DNA of 64,000 bases, from contig OZ219815.1 in NCBI GenBank assembly GCA_964291235.2, positions 320,001-384,000 of the forward strand. The letters run 5' to 3'. The DNA comes from Vicinamibacteria bacterium (GTDB lineage Bacteria; Acidobacteriota; Vicinamibacteria; Marinacidobacterales; Marinacidobacteraceae). A model generated the notes under the pieces. It had not been told where the DNA came from. It ran no database searches and worked only from the letters and a program-made list of their open reading frames with translations. Below are positions 1 through 9,229 of this stretch, in pieces; the first letter of the stretch is position 1; each line of letters starts with the position of its first letter. The position numbers and the translations under genes are program-made.

Positions 1-249
1 ACGGCAAATTTCGACGCCCGACGATTCGCGGCCCGGGTGGAAGTCCCCGTCTACCTGTTCCAGGGCGAGAACGATCTCAACGCGGCCACCGGCCTTGCGG
101 TCGAGTGGTTTGACGCCGTCCAGGCGCCGCGCAAGGTGCTACGCATCGTCCCGGGCGGAAGTCACGGCGCCTTCTACGCAAGTTCCGACGAGTTCCGCGC
201 GTTCGTGCTGGAGGTGATGGATCCGAAACAGCGCACCTCCCATCCCTGA
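1..249 (+). CDS. alpha/beta hydrolase, C-terminal fragment (runs off the 5' edge)
   Basis: Frame open from base 1; VPVYLFQGENDL (catalytic Asp region) and GGSHG (catalytic His region). Confidence 0.75.
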   Translation, partial: TANFDARRFAARVEVPVYLFQGENDLNAATGLAVEWFDAVQAPRKVLRIVPGGSHGAFYASSDEFRAFVLEVMDPKQRTSHP

Positions 250-266
250 CCCCAAGCAAGCGCGTA

Positions 267-288
267 GGAGCGCCGGCCTCCGGCCGGC
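267..288 (+). repeat. REP-like dispersed palindromic unit GGAGCGCCGGCCTCCGGCCGGC
   Basis: Near-identical copies at 27786-27808 (reverse strand) and 57069-57090; all intergenic. Confidence 0.6.
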
Positions 289-302
289 ACACCTTCCCCT
301 TT

Positions 303-1862
303 CTAGTTGGCCCCCCCACCGCTCGACAGCTCCGCCGCCAGGTCGTCCAGCGCCACGGGCCAGCGCGGATGGCGGGCGGCCCTGATTTCCGCCAGCGGAC
401 CCGCCACGACGGTCACGAAGGCCTCCGGGTCCAGGTATTCCTGGGCGACCCTCTTGACGTCGGCGGCCGTGACGGCCTGGACGGCCTCGCGCCAGCCCAT
501 GAGGCGGTCCGTACCGCCGTGGCGCGCGTGCTCCACCGCAAAGGTCTGACTGGCGCTGGTCGCGATTTCGAGCGACCGCCGCCAGACCGCCCCGAGCAAC
601 CAGCCCCGGGCGCGGGTCACCTCGGCGCCGGTCACCGGCTCCACCGGATCGTGCATCCGCTGCAGCTCATCCAGGCTGTAGCGGACGAGGGGCCCCACCG
701 CCTCCGGACGTCCGCCGGTGCGCACGAGCAGGAGGCCGGTCCCGGACGCCGTCTCCGGGACCTCGAAGTCGTCCCGGTTGGCGAGGCCGCGCATCTCGCG
801 GGCGACGATGTTCAGCCGTTCGGCGAGGATGAACTTGAGGACGGCCAGCGCGGCACGGTCCGATTCGGGGACGGCGCCGACCGCGCGGCCGATGGCGATC
901 CAGCCTTCGAGGCTCGGGACGTCCACAGCGTGGAAGCGGGTCGATGTCTCGCCGGGGGCAATCACGACGGGCGCCGGCGCCGGCTCCCTGCTCGGCTCCC
1001 AACCACCGGTCGCTGATTCCAGCGCCTCCTCCACCTCCTGGCGCGACACGTCGCCCCCGACCCCGAACACCACGCGGTCGGCCACGAAGCTTCTTCCGGC
1101 GAGCGCCCGCACCGCGGCGAGCGAGACCGTCGTCCCCGGCTCCGGCGGCGCCAGCGGGTACCCACCCAGCCGGCGCTCCAGCTCGACCTTGGGGCGGTAG
1201 CCGTCGCCGTCGATACCCGCCATCGGCATGCGGTAGCCGGGGCCCGCCCGGTACTCGCGGACGGTCGTCGCGTCGAGGTCCGGATCCCGGACGAGTTCCA
1301 CCAGCAGCGCCAACCCCTCGCGCCAATCCTCGGGCAGCACGTTCAGGGCAAGATGCGTGACGTCGAGGGTCTCCACGACGCTCAGCGACGTGCCCAGCTC
1401 GGCGAGCCGCAGCGAGAGCGGACGGACGGCCTCCGCGGCGCCCCGCGTCGTCAGCAGATGGGTCAGGAGCGCCGAAGCGCCGGCTTCGCCTTCGGCCTCG
1501 TGGAGCCGACCGAGCGGCAGCGCGGCCGTGATGCGCACCAGCGGATCATCGGGTGCGGGCACGATGTAGGCCCGGACGCCGGCCGAGGTCTCGAGCAGGG
1601 CTTGACCCGGATCCGGCGGGGTGAACGCCGCTGGTCCGCCCGCGAGTTCACTCGGGTCCGGCCAGTCGTGCTCGAAAACGGACCGCGAGCGGCCGGGGAG
1701 GGTGTCCTCGGCGCCGCATCCACCGAGGGCGCGCAAACCAGCCAAGGCGAGCACCGTCGCGATCACCACGACCCGGGCAATCCACCTCTTGGAGCGCAGC
1801 GAAGGGTCCGAACGCATCCGATTCGCCCGCTCCAGGCGCGCGGCGAGCGTCTCGGCTTTCAT
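303..1862 (-). CDS. M16 (insulinase) family protein, non-catalytic subunit, N-terminal membrane anchor or lipoprotein signal
   Basis: ATG at 1862 overlaps the upstream stop (ATGA); M16 C-terminal pattern AVTAADVKRVAQEYL; no HxxEH; hydrophobic stretch ending LGGC. Confidence 0.75.
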   Translation of the reverse strand: MKAETLAARLERANRMRSDPSLRSKRWIARVVVIATVLALAGLRALGGCGAEDTLPGRSRSVFEHDWPDPSELAGGPAAFTPPDPGQALLETSAGVRAYIVPAPDDPLVRITAALPLGRLHEAEGEAGASALLTHLLTTRGAAEAVRPLSLRLAELGTSLSVVETLDVTHLALNVLPEDWREGLALLVELVRDPDLDATTVREYRAGPGYRMPMAGIDGDGYRPKVELERRLGGYPLAPPEPGTTVSLAAVRALAGRSFVADRVVFGVGGDVSRQEVEEALESATGGWEPSREPAPAPVVIAPGETSTRFHAVDVPSLEGWIAIGRAVGAVPESDRAALAVLKFILAERLNIVAREMRGLANRDDFEVPETASGTGLLLVRTGGRPEAVGPLVRYSLDELQRMHDPVEPVTGAEVTRARGWLLGAVWRRSLEIATSASQTFAVEHARHGGTDRLMGWREAVQAVTAADVKRVAQEYLDPEAFVTVVAGPLAEIRAARHPRWPVALDDLAAELSSGGGAN

Positions 1863-3466
1863 CGTTCGTCGCCCCGCAGCTTGGACCAGGCGAACTCGAG
1901 CCAGCTCGGCCCGCTTCCCTCCGGCGGTTCCGACCGCGCGACCGCGATCACCCGGTTGGAAGGCACGAAGTAGGCCGCCGCGACCCGCTGCACGTCCGCC
2001 GCCGTCGCCGCGTCCCGCGCCTCGATCAGGTCGGGCAGCACGCTCCAGTGGTTCATCGCGAAGTGGTGGCCGACCAGGAAGGCAAGCTCCTGGGTGTTGT
2101 CGAGGAATTCCGCCCACTCGACGCGGAGGCGCTTCTTCGCCCGCGCGAGCGCCGCGGCGTCGATGCGGCCCTCCCGGAGATCTCCCGCTGCATCCAGCAA
2201 CGCCCCCTCGACGCCCCCTAGATCGCCGTCGCGTCCCGCGTGCGCCACCAGGTTGAACGCCCCCGGCGACCCGAAGCGGAAGGTGTGGATGACCCGGAAA
2301 TCGGCGGTGACCGAAGCCGAAAGACCACGCGCCGCCACCGCCTGCCCGGCCATCCCGTGCGGCCCGCCGAGCAGCGCGGCGATGAGGTCGAACACCGGCC
2401 GGTCGGGGTGGCCCATCCCGGGGATGCGGTAGCGCAGGTGGACCTGCGGCGAGAGCGGCTCCGTCCAGTCGAGGCGAACGGACCCGCTGGGCACCGGCTC
2501 GGCCTCGACATCGAGATCGAGCGGGGGTTCGGGCCCACGGGGCAGCACTCCGAAATACCGCTCCGCGAGCGGCACGACCTCATCCAGCGTCACGTCGCCG
2601 ACCAGCACCAGCGCCGCGTTGTTCGGCACGAAGTAGTCGTCGTAGATCTGGTACATCGCGTCCCTGGTGAAGTTCCCGAAGTCGCGCACGTGCCCGCCGT
2701 CCGGGACGTAGATCGGGTGCACCTGGGCCGTCACGCCGTCGATCGCCTCGTTGAAGCGAGTCTGCGGATTGCCCTTGCCCCCGAGGATCTGCTCCAGCAC
2801 GGTGAAGCGCTGCGCCTCCCAGCCCCTCAGGACCGCGTTGACCAGGCGATCGGCCTCCAGCCGGAAGAAGAGTTCCAGGTGCTCCTTCGGGAGCGCCATG
2901 TTCATCTCCATGTAGTCCTGCTCGGTGCTGGCCGGCACCGGGTCCGTGTGGCGCACGTAGCCGCCGTGCTGCATGTACCACTTGTAAGAGGTCCAGAAGT
3001 CCCGGTACTCGTCGTCCCGGTCCTCGAGCTCGTAGAGCCGCTGCCGGAGCGCCTCGATCTCGGGCGTGACCGGCCAACCCAGCTCGTCGTAGAAGACGGC
3101 GCGCTCCCGAAGCTCGTTGCGCTCGCGATTCCGCATCGCGATGAGCTCCTGCTCGGTGTCGTGGATCTCCTGCAGGATGGGCCGCTCGGCGGCCAGATCG
3201 CTGGTCCCGACCGTAGTGGTCCCCTGATGGATGACGTGCTCGAGAAAGTGCGTGATCCCGTGCTGTCCTACCGGCTCCGCCATGGAGCCGACCCGCACCC
3301 ACAGATTCGCGGCCACCCGGGGCCGGCGGTGGTCTTCGACCAGCAGGATGGTGAAGCCGTTGTCGAGGACGTGCTCCTGGATCTCGAGCGGCCCGGAGGC
3401 GATTTGGGCGGACGCCGGCGCGCCCGCCAGGGCGCTGGCCAGGATAGAGAAGAACAGGGTTCTCAT
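1859..3466 (-). CDS. M16 family zinc peptidase, catalytic subunit, secreted
   Basis: Signal peptide; LDNGFTILL, VRVGS and GITHFLEH (inverted zinc motif HxxEH); YFVPNNAALVLVGD. Confidence 0.85.
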   Translation of the reverse strand: MRTLFFSILASALAGAPASAQIASGPLEIQEHVLDNGFTILLVEDHRRPRVAANLWVRVGSMAEPVGQHGITHFLEHVIHQGTTTVGTSDLAAERPILQEIHDTEQELIAMRNRERNELRERAVFYDELGWPVTPEIEALRQRLYELEDRDDEYRDFWTSYKWYMQHGGYVRHTDPVPASTEQDYMEMNMALPKEHLELFFRLEADRLVNAVLRGWEAQRFTVLEQILGGKGNPQTRFNEAIDGVTAQVHPIYVPDGGHVRDFGNFTRDAMYQIYDDYFVPNNAALVLVGDVTLDEVVPLAERYFGVLPRGPEPPLDLDVEAEPVPSGSVRLDWTEPLSPQVHLRYRIPGMGHPDRPVFDLIAALLGGPHGMAGQAVAARGLSASVTADFRVIHTFRFGSPGAFNLVAHAGRDGDLGGVEGALLDAAGDLREGRIDAAALARAKKRLRVEWAEFLDNTQELAFLVGHHFAMNHWSVLPDLIEARDAATAADVQRVAAAYFVPSNRVIAVARSEPPEGSGPSWLEFAWSKLRGDER

Positions 3467-5066
3467 TGACCTTCCTCGTAGCTCCGCTCCGGCGCGCGGC
3501 ACTCCGGCCACTCTTCGCCCTCCGGCAGCGCGCGCCGGTCCCGCGGCACGCCGTCGGTTCCGGATCCTCGGACGCCAGGTAGGCGAACATCGCGGTCATC
3601 ACCGCGTCGTCGCGGAGATCCTCGAACACGATCTTGTCGAAGCTGTCACGGTTGGTGTGCCAGGTGTAGGCGCTCGTATCCCAGCGGTTCTCGATCGGGG
3701 GATCGTCCAGCCCGGCCCCCACGTGGAAGCTGAACGCCGGCACCCCGGCGCAGAGGAAGGACGCGTGGTCCGTCCCGCCGGCTTCGGGCATGCCCGGAAT
3801 CTCCAGGGTGACGAGGTCGGACAGCTCGCCCGGGATCTTCGCGAGCCACTCCCCGAAGCGTCCGCCGGCCGCGGCGAACCCCTGCATGGGGATGAAGGTG
3901 ACCGGTCCCGTCCCATGGTCGATGTTGAACACGGTGTGGGTGGCGTCCAGGATCTCGGGGTGGTCCTCGACAAAGGCGCGCGACCCGTTCAGGCCCTGCT
4001 CCTCGCCGTTCCAGAGCGCGCCGAGGATCGTGCGGCGAGGGTTCGGGACCGCCGCCTTCAGAATGCGCATCGCCTCCATGATGGCGACCGCGCCGGTGCC
4101 GTTGTCGAGCGCCCCGGTCGAACCGTCCCAGGAGTCGTAGTGGCCGCCGAGGATCACGAACTCCTCGGGGTCCGCGGTGCCCGGGATCTTCGCGAAGGCG
4201 TTGAAGACGGACACCTCACCGAGGAATTCGGCCCTGGCGTCCACCCGCAGCACCGGCTCCTGGCCGTTCTCGGCCAGCCGATAGACCAGTCCGTACGCCT
4301 CGCAACTCAGGTCGAGGACCGGGGTCTGCTCCATGTTGGTGCCGAAGATCTTGTTCACGCCCCAGCCTTCGGACCACTGCGAGCGGATAATCCCGGCGGC
4401 CCCGGCGGCGTCCAGTGATTCCGGCAGGTCCCGCCTCTCGATGCCGGCACTCTCATAGCGGTCGCCCCAATTTTCGATCAGGGCTTCCCGCTCCCTGGCC
4501 AAGCGGGTGAGCGTCTCGGGCCGGGCGAACCACTCCAGGTTGTCCCGCGGGCGGCAGCTCGCCACCGGCGGCGAGATCAGCACGAACTTACCGCGCGCCT
4601 CCGGAAGCCACGCCTCGAACTCCTCGGAGCTCTCCGCGTCCGCGAGGATCACCACGCTCGCCTCGACCGGCCCGTCGGTGGCCGGGCTCCAGGCAGCCGC
4701 CATACCCTCGAGCGTGCGCACCCGCGGCGCAACGAGATCGATGTGGCTGATCCCCCGCTCCCAGCCCCGCCAGGTGCCGTACTGCTCCTTGTACGCCTCG
4801 ATGCCCCACTCCCCGAACGTCTCCACCGCCCAGTCGTTGGCGGCGGCCATGCCGGGCGAGCCGGTGAGACGCGGCCCGATCACGTCCATCATCACCTGGC
4901 CAAGCTCTCCCACCCGGGAGCGCTCGACGCCCTCCTCCCAGATCGCCCGGATCACCGGATCGTCATCCGGAAAGGACGGGCCGGCCGGCTCCTCTTCCTG
5001 ACCCGCCGCTGGGGCGGCAAGGAAGGTGAGCGAACCGGCCAGAACGAATCGCACCGTGCGCCGCAT
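3463..5066 (-). CDS. M28 family (carboxypeptidase Q-like) secreted peptidase, apparent frameshift at ~3550
   Basis: IGPRLTGS, GGHYDSWD, GALDNGTG, GEEQGL, GTDH and WHTNRD motifs. The plausible C-terminus continues in another frame to a TGA at 3463-3465 that overlaps the next ATG. Confidence 0.85.
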
Positions 5067-5091
5067 TGCAAACCCCCGTCCGCGCCGAACC

Positions 5092-5328
5092 TTATACGCC
5101 GTTTGGAGTCCCGCCTCGCTGAAGACCGCGGCCGAGGGCTATGCGAGGCGAGATGGCGTTTCGCGCAATCAGTTCATCGCCATGGCGCTCGCGGAGAAGA
5201 TCGGTGCGCAAGGTGCGGCGACGTTCTTCGCGGAACGGGCGCGCGGGGGCGCGGCGGCGGCAGCAATCGCCTTCCTCCGCTCGGCACCGGATGTCCCTCC
5301 CGAGGATGAGGACGGCTTGGCTCCGTAG
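5092..5328 (+). pseudogene. orphan HicB-like / ribbon-helix-helix antitoxin remnant
   Basis: PASLKTAAEGYARRDGVSRNQFIAMALAEKIGA resembles RHH antitoxins; no convincing start codon and no adjacent toxin. Confidence 0.6.
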
Positions 5329-5384
5329 CCACTCATTGCAATCCGCCGACCGTCGCCGTACTTTCTCCGACTGACCCCATCCCC

Positions 5385-6149
5385 ATGCGTCTCGCCGGCA
5401 AACGCGCTCTCGTCACCGGCGGTTCGCGCAGCATCGGCCGGGCCATCGCGCTCGGGCTCGCCCGCGAGGGAGCGGACGTGGCGGTGGGCTACCGGAAAAG
5501 CCCCGAGGACGCCGGGAGCGCTATGCGCGAGATCGAGGCGCTGGGGCGCCGGGCCTGCGCCGTCCAGGGTTCCACCGACTCCGCAGCGGACGTCGAGCGC
5601 TTCGTCGCCGAGGCCCACGACGCCCTGGGCGGACTCGACATCCTGGTGAACAACGCCGGGGTCCTGAAGCGCACGCCGCTCCTCGAGATCACCGAGGAGG
5701 AGTGGGACGCGATCCTGGACGTGAACCTGAAGGGCTACTTCCTGGTCGCGCAGGCGGTGGCGCGCCGCATGGTCGAGGACGGGACACCGGGCGCGATCGT
5801 CAACGTGTCCTCCGCCGGACAGGCGGTTGCGGCCCCGAACCTGACGCACTACTGCGTATCGAAGGCCGGGGTCGAGATGCTCACCAAGCAACTGGCGCTC
5901 GAGCTGGCGTCCCACAAGATCCGGGTAAACGCCATCGCGCCGGGGTTGATCGAGACCGACATGAACCGGACCGACATCGCCCAGGAAGACTTCCGCACGC
6001 GCCGGCTCGCCCGCATCCCGCTCCGGGAGATCGGCGAGCCGGACGATCTGGTGGGGTCCGTGGTGTACCTCGCGTCGAACGACGAGGCGCGCCTCGTCAC
6101 CGGCGCCACCCTCTTCATCGACGCCGGCCAGACCATCTGGGGCGCCTGA
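5385..6149 (+). CDS. short-chain dehydrogenase/reductase (FabG/glucose dehydrogenase-like)
   Basis: TGGSRSIG, NNAG, YCVSK, IRVNAIAPG. Confidence 0.92.
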   Translation: MRLAGKRALVTGGSRSIGRAIALGLAREGADVAVGYRKSPEDAGSAMREIEALGRRACAVQGSTDSAADVERFVAEAHDALGGLDILVNNAGVLKRTPLLEITEEEWDAILDVNLKGYFLVAQAVARRMVEDGTPGAIVNVSSAGQAVAAPNLTHYCVSKAGVEMLTKQLALELASHKIRVNAIAPGLIETDMNRTDIAQEDFRTRRLARIPLREIGEPDDLVGSVVYLASNDEARLVTGATLFIDAGQTIWGA

Positions 6150-6163
6150 TCGCCGGAAACCGC

Positions 6164-6322
6164 GTGAACCGACGCATTCAGATCCGCAATGTCCCGCCAG
6201 CGACCCACCGGGCCCTGAAGGCACGCGCCGCCGCCCAAGGATTCACTATGTCGTCCTATCTGCTCCGGATGGTGACCGAAGCGGCGGCGCCCCGCCTTCC
6301 CATTGACGTCGGGCGCGTCTGA
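6164..6322 (+). CDS. orphan FitA-like ribbon-helix-helix antitoxin (52 aa, possibly truncated)
   Basis: GTG start; IQIRNVPPATHRALKARAAAQGFTMSSYLLR is a typical FitA/VapB RHH N-terminus; no PIN toxin follows. Confidence 0.65.
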   Translation: MNRRIQIRNVPPATHRALKARAAAQGFTMSSYLLRMVTEAAAPRLPIDVGRV

Positions 6323-6347
6323 GGCAAGGACCCATCCGCCGCGGTTC

Positions 6348-7427
6348 GTGAACGCCTTCACGCGGCCGGCTCGGCGCAGTCTGGCGCTGGCAGCAACAGT
6401 CCTGTTGTCGTCGTGCGGGTATCCCGGGTCCGGCAACTCCGGCGCGCCCACCTGGACGGCCCGTTTCTCCCACGTGCTCTCGACCGGCTCGGAGTTCCAC
6501 CTGATGGCGGAGCGCTTCCGGGACCTCATGGACGAGCGCACCGGCGGGCGATTCCGGGTGGCCATCTATCCGTCGGCGCAACTCGGCGGCGAGCGCGTGG
6601 CCTTCGAGCAGATCCAGGCGGGCGCGGTGCAGGTGGCCATCACGGGCACCCCGGTGCTCTCGGGCTGGGTTCCCGAGACCCAGGTGTTCGATCTCCCGTT
6701 CCTGTTCGAGACCCGGGACCACGGACTCTCGGTGATGAACGGCCCCGTCGGGGACTGGTGGCGCGATCTCCTCCTCGAGCGCACCGGGGTCCGCTCGCTC
6801 GGCTTCCTCGACTACGGGTTCCGCCACGTGTACAACCGGCGGCGGCCGGTCGCGGCGCCCGGGGACCTCGCCGGCCTCAAGCTCCGGGTGCTGCAGAACG
6901 CGACGTATCTCGCGGCGTATTCGGCGCTCGGGGTCCAGGCGACGCCGATGAACTACGGCGAGGTCTATTCGGCGCTCCAGCAGGGCGTGATCGACGGCGG
7001 GGAGGCGAACGCCATCGGTTTCGCGAGCAGCCGGCTCTACGAAGTGGCCCGCTTCTACAGCTTCACCTCCATCACCTACAACCCGATCACCCTGCTGGTG
7101 AACGAGCCGTTCTATCGGGCGCTTCCTCCGGACGTCCGGGAGACCGTGGACCGCTCCGCGGCGGACGCGCTCGCCTACCAGAGCGAGGTCGCGCGCCGGA
7201 TGGAGGCGGAGGCGCTCGCCGAGATGCGCGCGGCCGGGGTGGAGATCGTCCGCCCGAACCTCGCGCCCTTCGTCCCGGCGGTCCGGCCATCCGTCTGGGA
7301 CGAGCTGGCCGACCGGCTGCCGGACGGCGAGGCGCTGATCGCGCGGCTGGTGGCGGAAGGAGCGCCCGCCTCCAGGCCCCAATCACCCCCACCGCGCCCA
7401 TCCAACCGGGGACGACGCAACGAATGA
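6348..7427 (+). CDS. dctP: TRAP transporter substrate-binding lipoprotein
   Basis: Lipobox LLSSC; YPSAQLGGE, FDLPFLF, GLKLRV, EVYSALQQGVIDG. Start uncertain. Confidence 0.92.
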   Translation: MNAFTRPARRSLALAATVLLSSCGYPGSGNSGAPTWTARFSHVLSTGSEFHLMAERFRDLMDERTGGRFRVAIYPSAQLGGERVAFEQIQAGAVQVAITGTPVLSGWVPETQVFDLPFLFETRDHGLSVMNGPVGDWWRDLLLERTGVRSLGFLDYGFRHVYNRRRPVAAPGDLAGLKLRVLQNATYLAAYSALGVQATPMNYGEVYSALQQGVIDGGEANAIGFASSRLYEVARFYSFTSITYNPITLLVNEPFYRALPPDVRETVDRSAADALAYQSEVARRMEAEALAEMRAAGVEIVRPNLAPFVPAVRPSVWDELADRLPDGEALIARLVAEGAPASRPQSPPPRPSNRGRRNE

Positions 7428-7888
7428 AGCGGTTGAACCGGACCCTCGTCGCCCTCGAGACCTGGGCCGCGGGCGCGCTCGTGATCGCCGTCTGCGCCGT
7501 CGTCCTCCTCCAGGTGCTGATGCGCTACCTCTTCGCCGAGCCGAATCCGTGGAGCGAGGAGGTCTCGCGCTTCGCCTTCATCTGGGTGTCGCTGCTCGGC
7601 GCCTCGCTGGCGGTGGAGCACCGAGCCCACTTCGGCTTCGACCAGGTCACGAAGAAGCTCGCCCCGCGCCCGCGCCGGGTGGCGGAGACATTCGCGCAGG
7701 CGGTGGTGGCGTTGTTCGCCCTCGTCCTCATCGGCACCGGGATCGCCCTCATGGACCTCACCCTGGGTGAGCGCTCGCCGGCGCTGAACCTGCCGATCGC
7801 GCTCGTCTATGCCGCGGCGCCGGTGTCCGGGCTGCTGATGGTCATCCACCTGCTGGCGCGGCGGGGCGGCGACCGGGAAACCGGCTGA
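7424..7888 (+). CDS. dctQ: TRAP transporter small permease
   Basis: QVLMRY, WSEEVSRF, SPALNLP; ATGA overlap with dctP. Confidence 0.9.
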   Translation: MKRLNRTLVALETWAAGALVIAVCAVVLLQVLMRYLFAEPNPWSEEVSRFAFIWVSLLGASLAVEHRAHFGFDQVTKKLAPRPRRVAETFAQAVVALFALVLIGTGIALMDLTLGERSPALNLPIALVYAAAPVSGLLMVIHLLARRGGDRETG

Positions 7889-9162
7889 TGGGCGGCCTCC
7901 TCATCGGCGCCTTCGGGGCCCTCGTGGTCGCCGCGGTGCCCATCGGCTTCGCGCTCGCCAGCGCCGCCGTGCTCGCCATCGTGGCGGCAGACCTCCCGCT
8001 CGTCATCATCCCGCAGCAGATCGTCGCGGGAATGGACTCCTTCCCGATGCTCGCGGTGCCGCTCTTCATCCTGGCCGGCTTCCTCATGGACGTCGGGGGG
8101 ATCAGCCGCCGCCTGGTGACGCTCGCCCGGTCGCTGGTGGGACACCTTCCCGGCGGGCTCGGGCAGGTGGTCATCCTGGCCGAGATGTTCTTCTCGGGAG
8201 TTTCGGGCTCCACCTCCGCGGATGCGGCCGCCATCGGGGGCATCATGGTGCCTCAGCTCACCGCGAACGGATACAGCCGGGAGCGCTCCACCGCGATCGT
8301 CTCGGCGGCATGCGGGATGGGGATCCTGATTCCGCCGGCCATCGTGATGGTCATCTACGGCGTCATCGGCGGCGTCTCCATCGGCGCCCTGTTCGTCGCT
8401 TCCATCGCCCCGGCGCTCCTCATCGCCGCGGGCCTGATGATCCAGATCGGCTGGCAGGCGCGGCAGCAGGGATGGCCGGCCGGCGAGCGCGCCTCCTTCG
8501 CCGACGTCCGCCGGGCGGGGATCGACGCCCTGCTCCCCCTCTTCATGATCGTGGTCATCCTGGGCGGGATCCGCTTCGGCCTCTTCACGCCCACCGAGGC
8601 CGCGGCGGTCGCGGTCGCCTACGCGCTGCTCCTGGCGGGGCCGGTGTACCGGTCCCTCACGGCCAAGGACCTCTGGAGCAAGGTCGTGCAGACCGCCGTG
8701 GTGTCCGGAATGGTGCTCTTCGTGGTCGGCGCGGCGCGCCTGCTGGGCTGGGTCCTCGCCATAGAGGAAGTGCCCCAGGCGCTCGCGTCCTCGGTGGTGG
8801 GGCTCGGAGGCGGCGCGGCCGGCTTCCTGATCCTCACGATCCTGGTCTTCCTCCCCCTCGGGGCCATTCTCGAGGGGGTGCCCGCAGTGGTCATGCTGAC
8901 CCCGATCCTGCTACCCATCGCCCGGCAGCTCGGGATCGACCCGGTGCACTACGGCGCCGTCATCGTGGCGACCCAGGGGATCTCGGTGTTCCTGCCGCCC
9001 GTCGGGGTGAGCCTGCTGGTGGCCTGCTCCGTCGGAGGGGTCGAACCCGCGAAGGTGGCCCGCCCGCTCTGGCCCTACCTGGCGCTCATGCTGGCGCTGA
9101 CGCTGGTGATCGCCTTCCTGCCGGGCGTGGTGCTCTTCCTCCCCAACCTGCTCGGGTACTGA
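7888..9162 (+). CDS. dctM: TRAP transporter large permease
   Basis: LAVPLFILAG, SGSTSADAAAIG, FTPTEAAA, GIDPVHYG, PPVG. Confidence 0.93.
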   Translation: MGGLLIGAFGALVVAAVPIGFALASAAVLAIVAADLPLVIIPQQIVAGMDSFPMLAVPLFILAGFLMDVGGISRRLVTLARSLVGHLPGGLGQVVILAEMFFSGVSGSTSADAAAIGGIMVPQLTANGYSRERSTAIVSAACGMGILIPPAIVMVIYGVIGGVSIGALFVASIAPALLIAAGLMIQIGWQARQQGWPAGERASFADVRRAGIDALLPLFMIVVILGGIRFGLFTPTEAAAVAVAYALLLAGPVYRSLTAKDLWSKVVQTAVVSGMVLFVVGAARLLGWVLAIEEVPQALASSVVGLGGGAAGFLILTILVFLPLGAILEGVPAVVMLTPILLPIARQLGIDPVHYGAVIVATQGISVFLPPVGVSLLVACSVGGVEPAKVARPLWPYLALMLALTLVIAFLPGVVLFLPNLLGY

Positions 9163-9229
9163 GGACGTCCGCCCGTCCGGGCCCGTTTGGCGTCAGCCAC
9201 ACCTGCCGGTCGGGCGGGGAACCGATGCG

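Noticed and set aside
2580-3462. Long C-terminal extension of M28 suggesting a fusion
   Set aside because: Out-of-frame read-through over the M16 gene caused by the frameshift.
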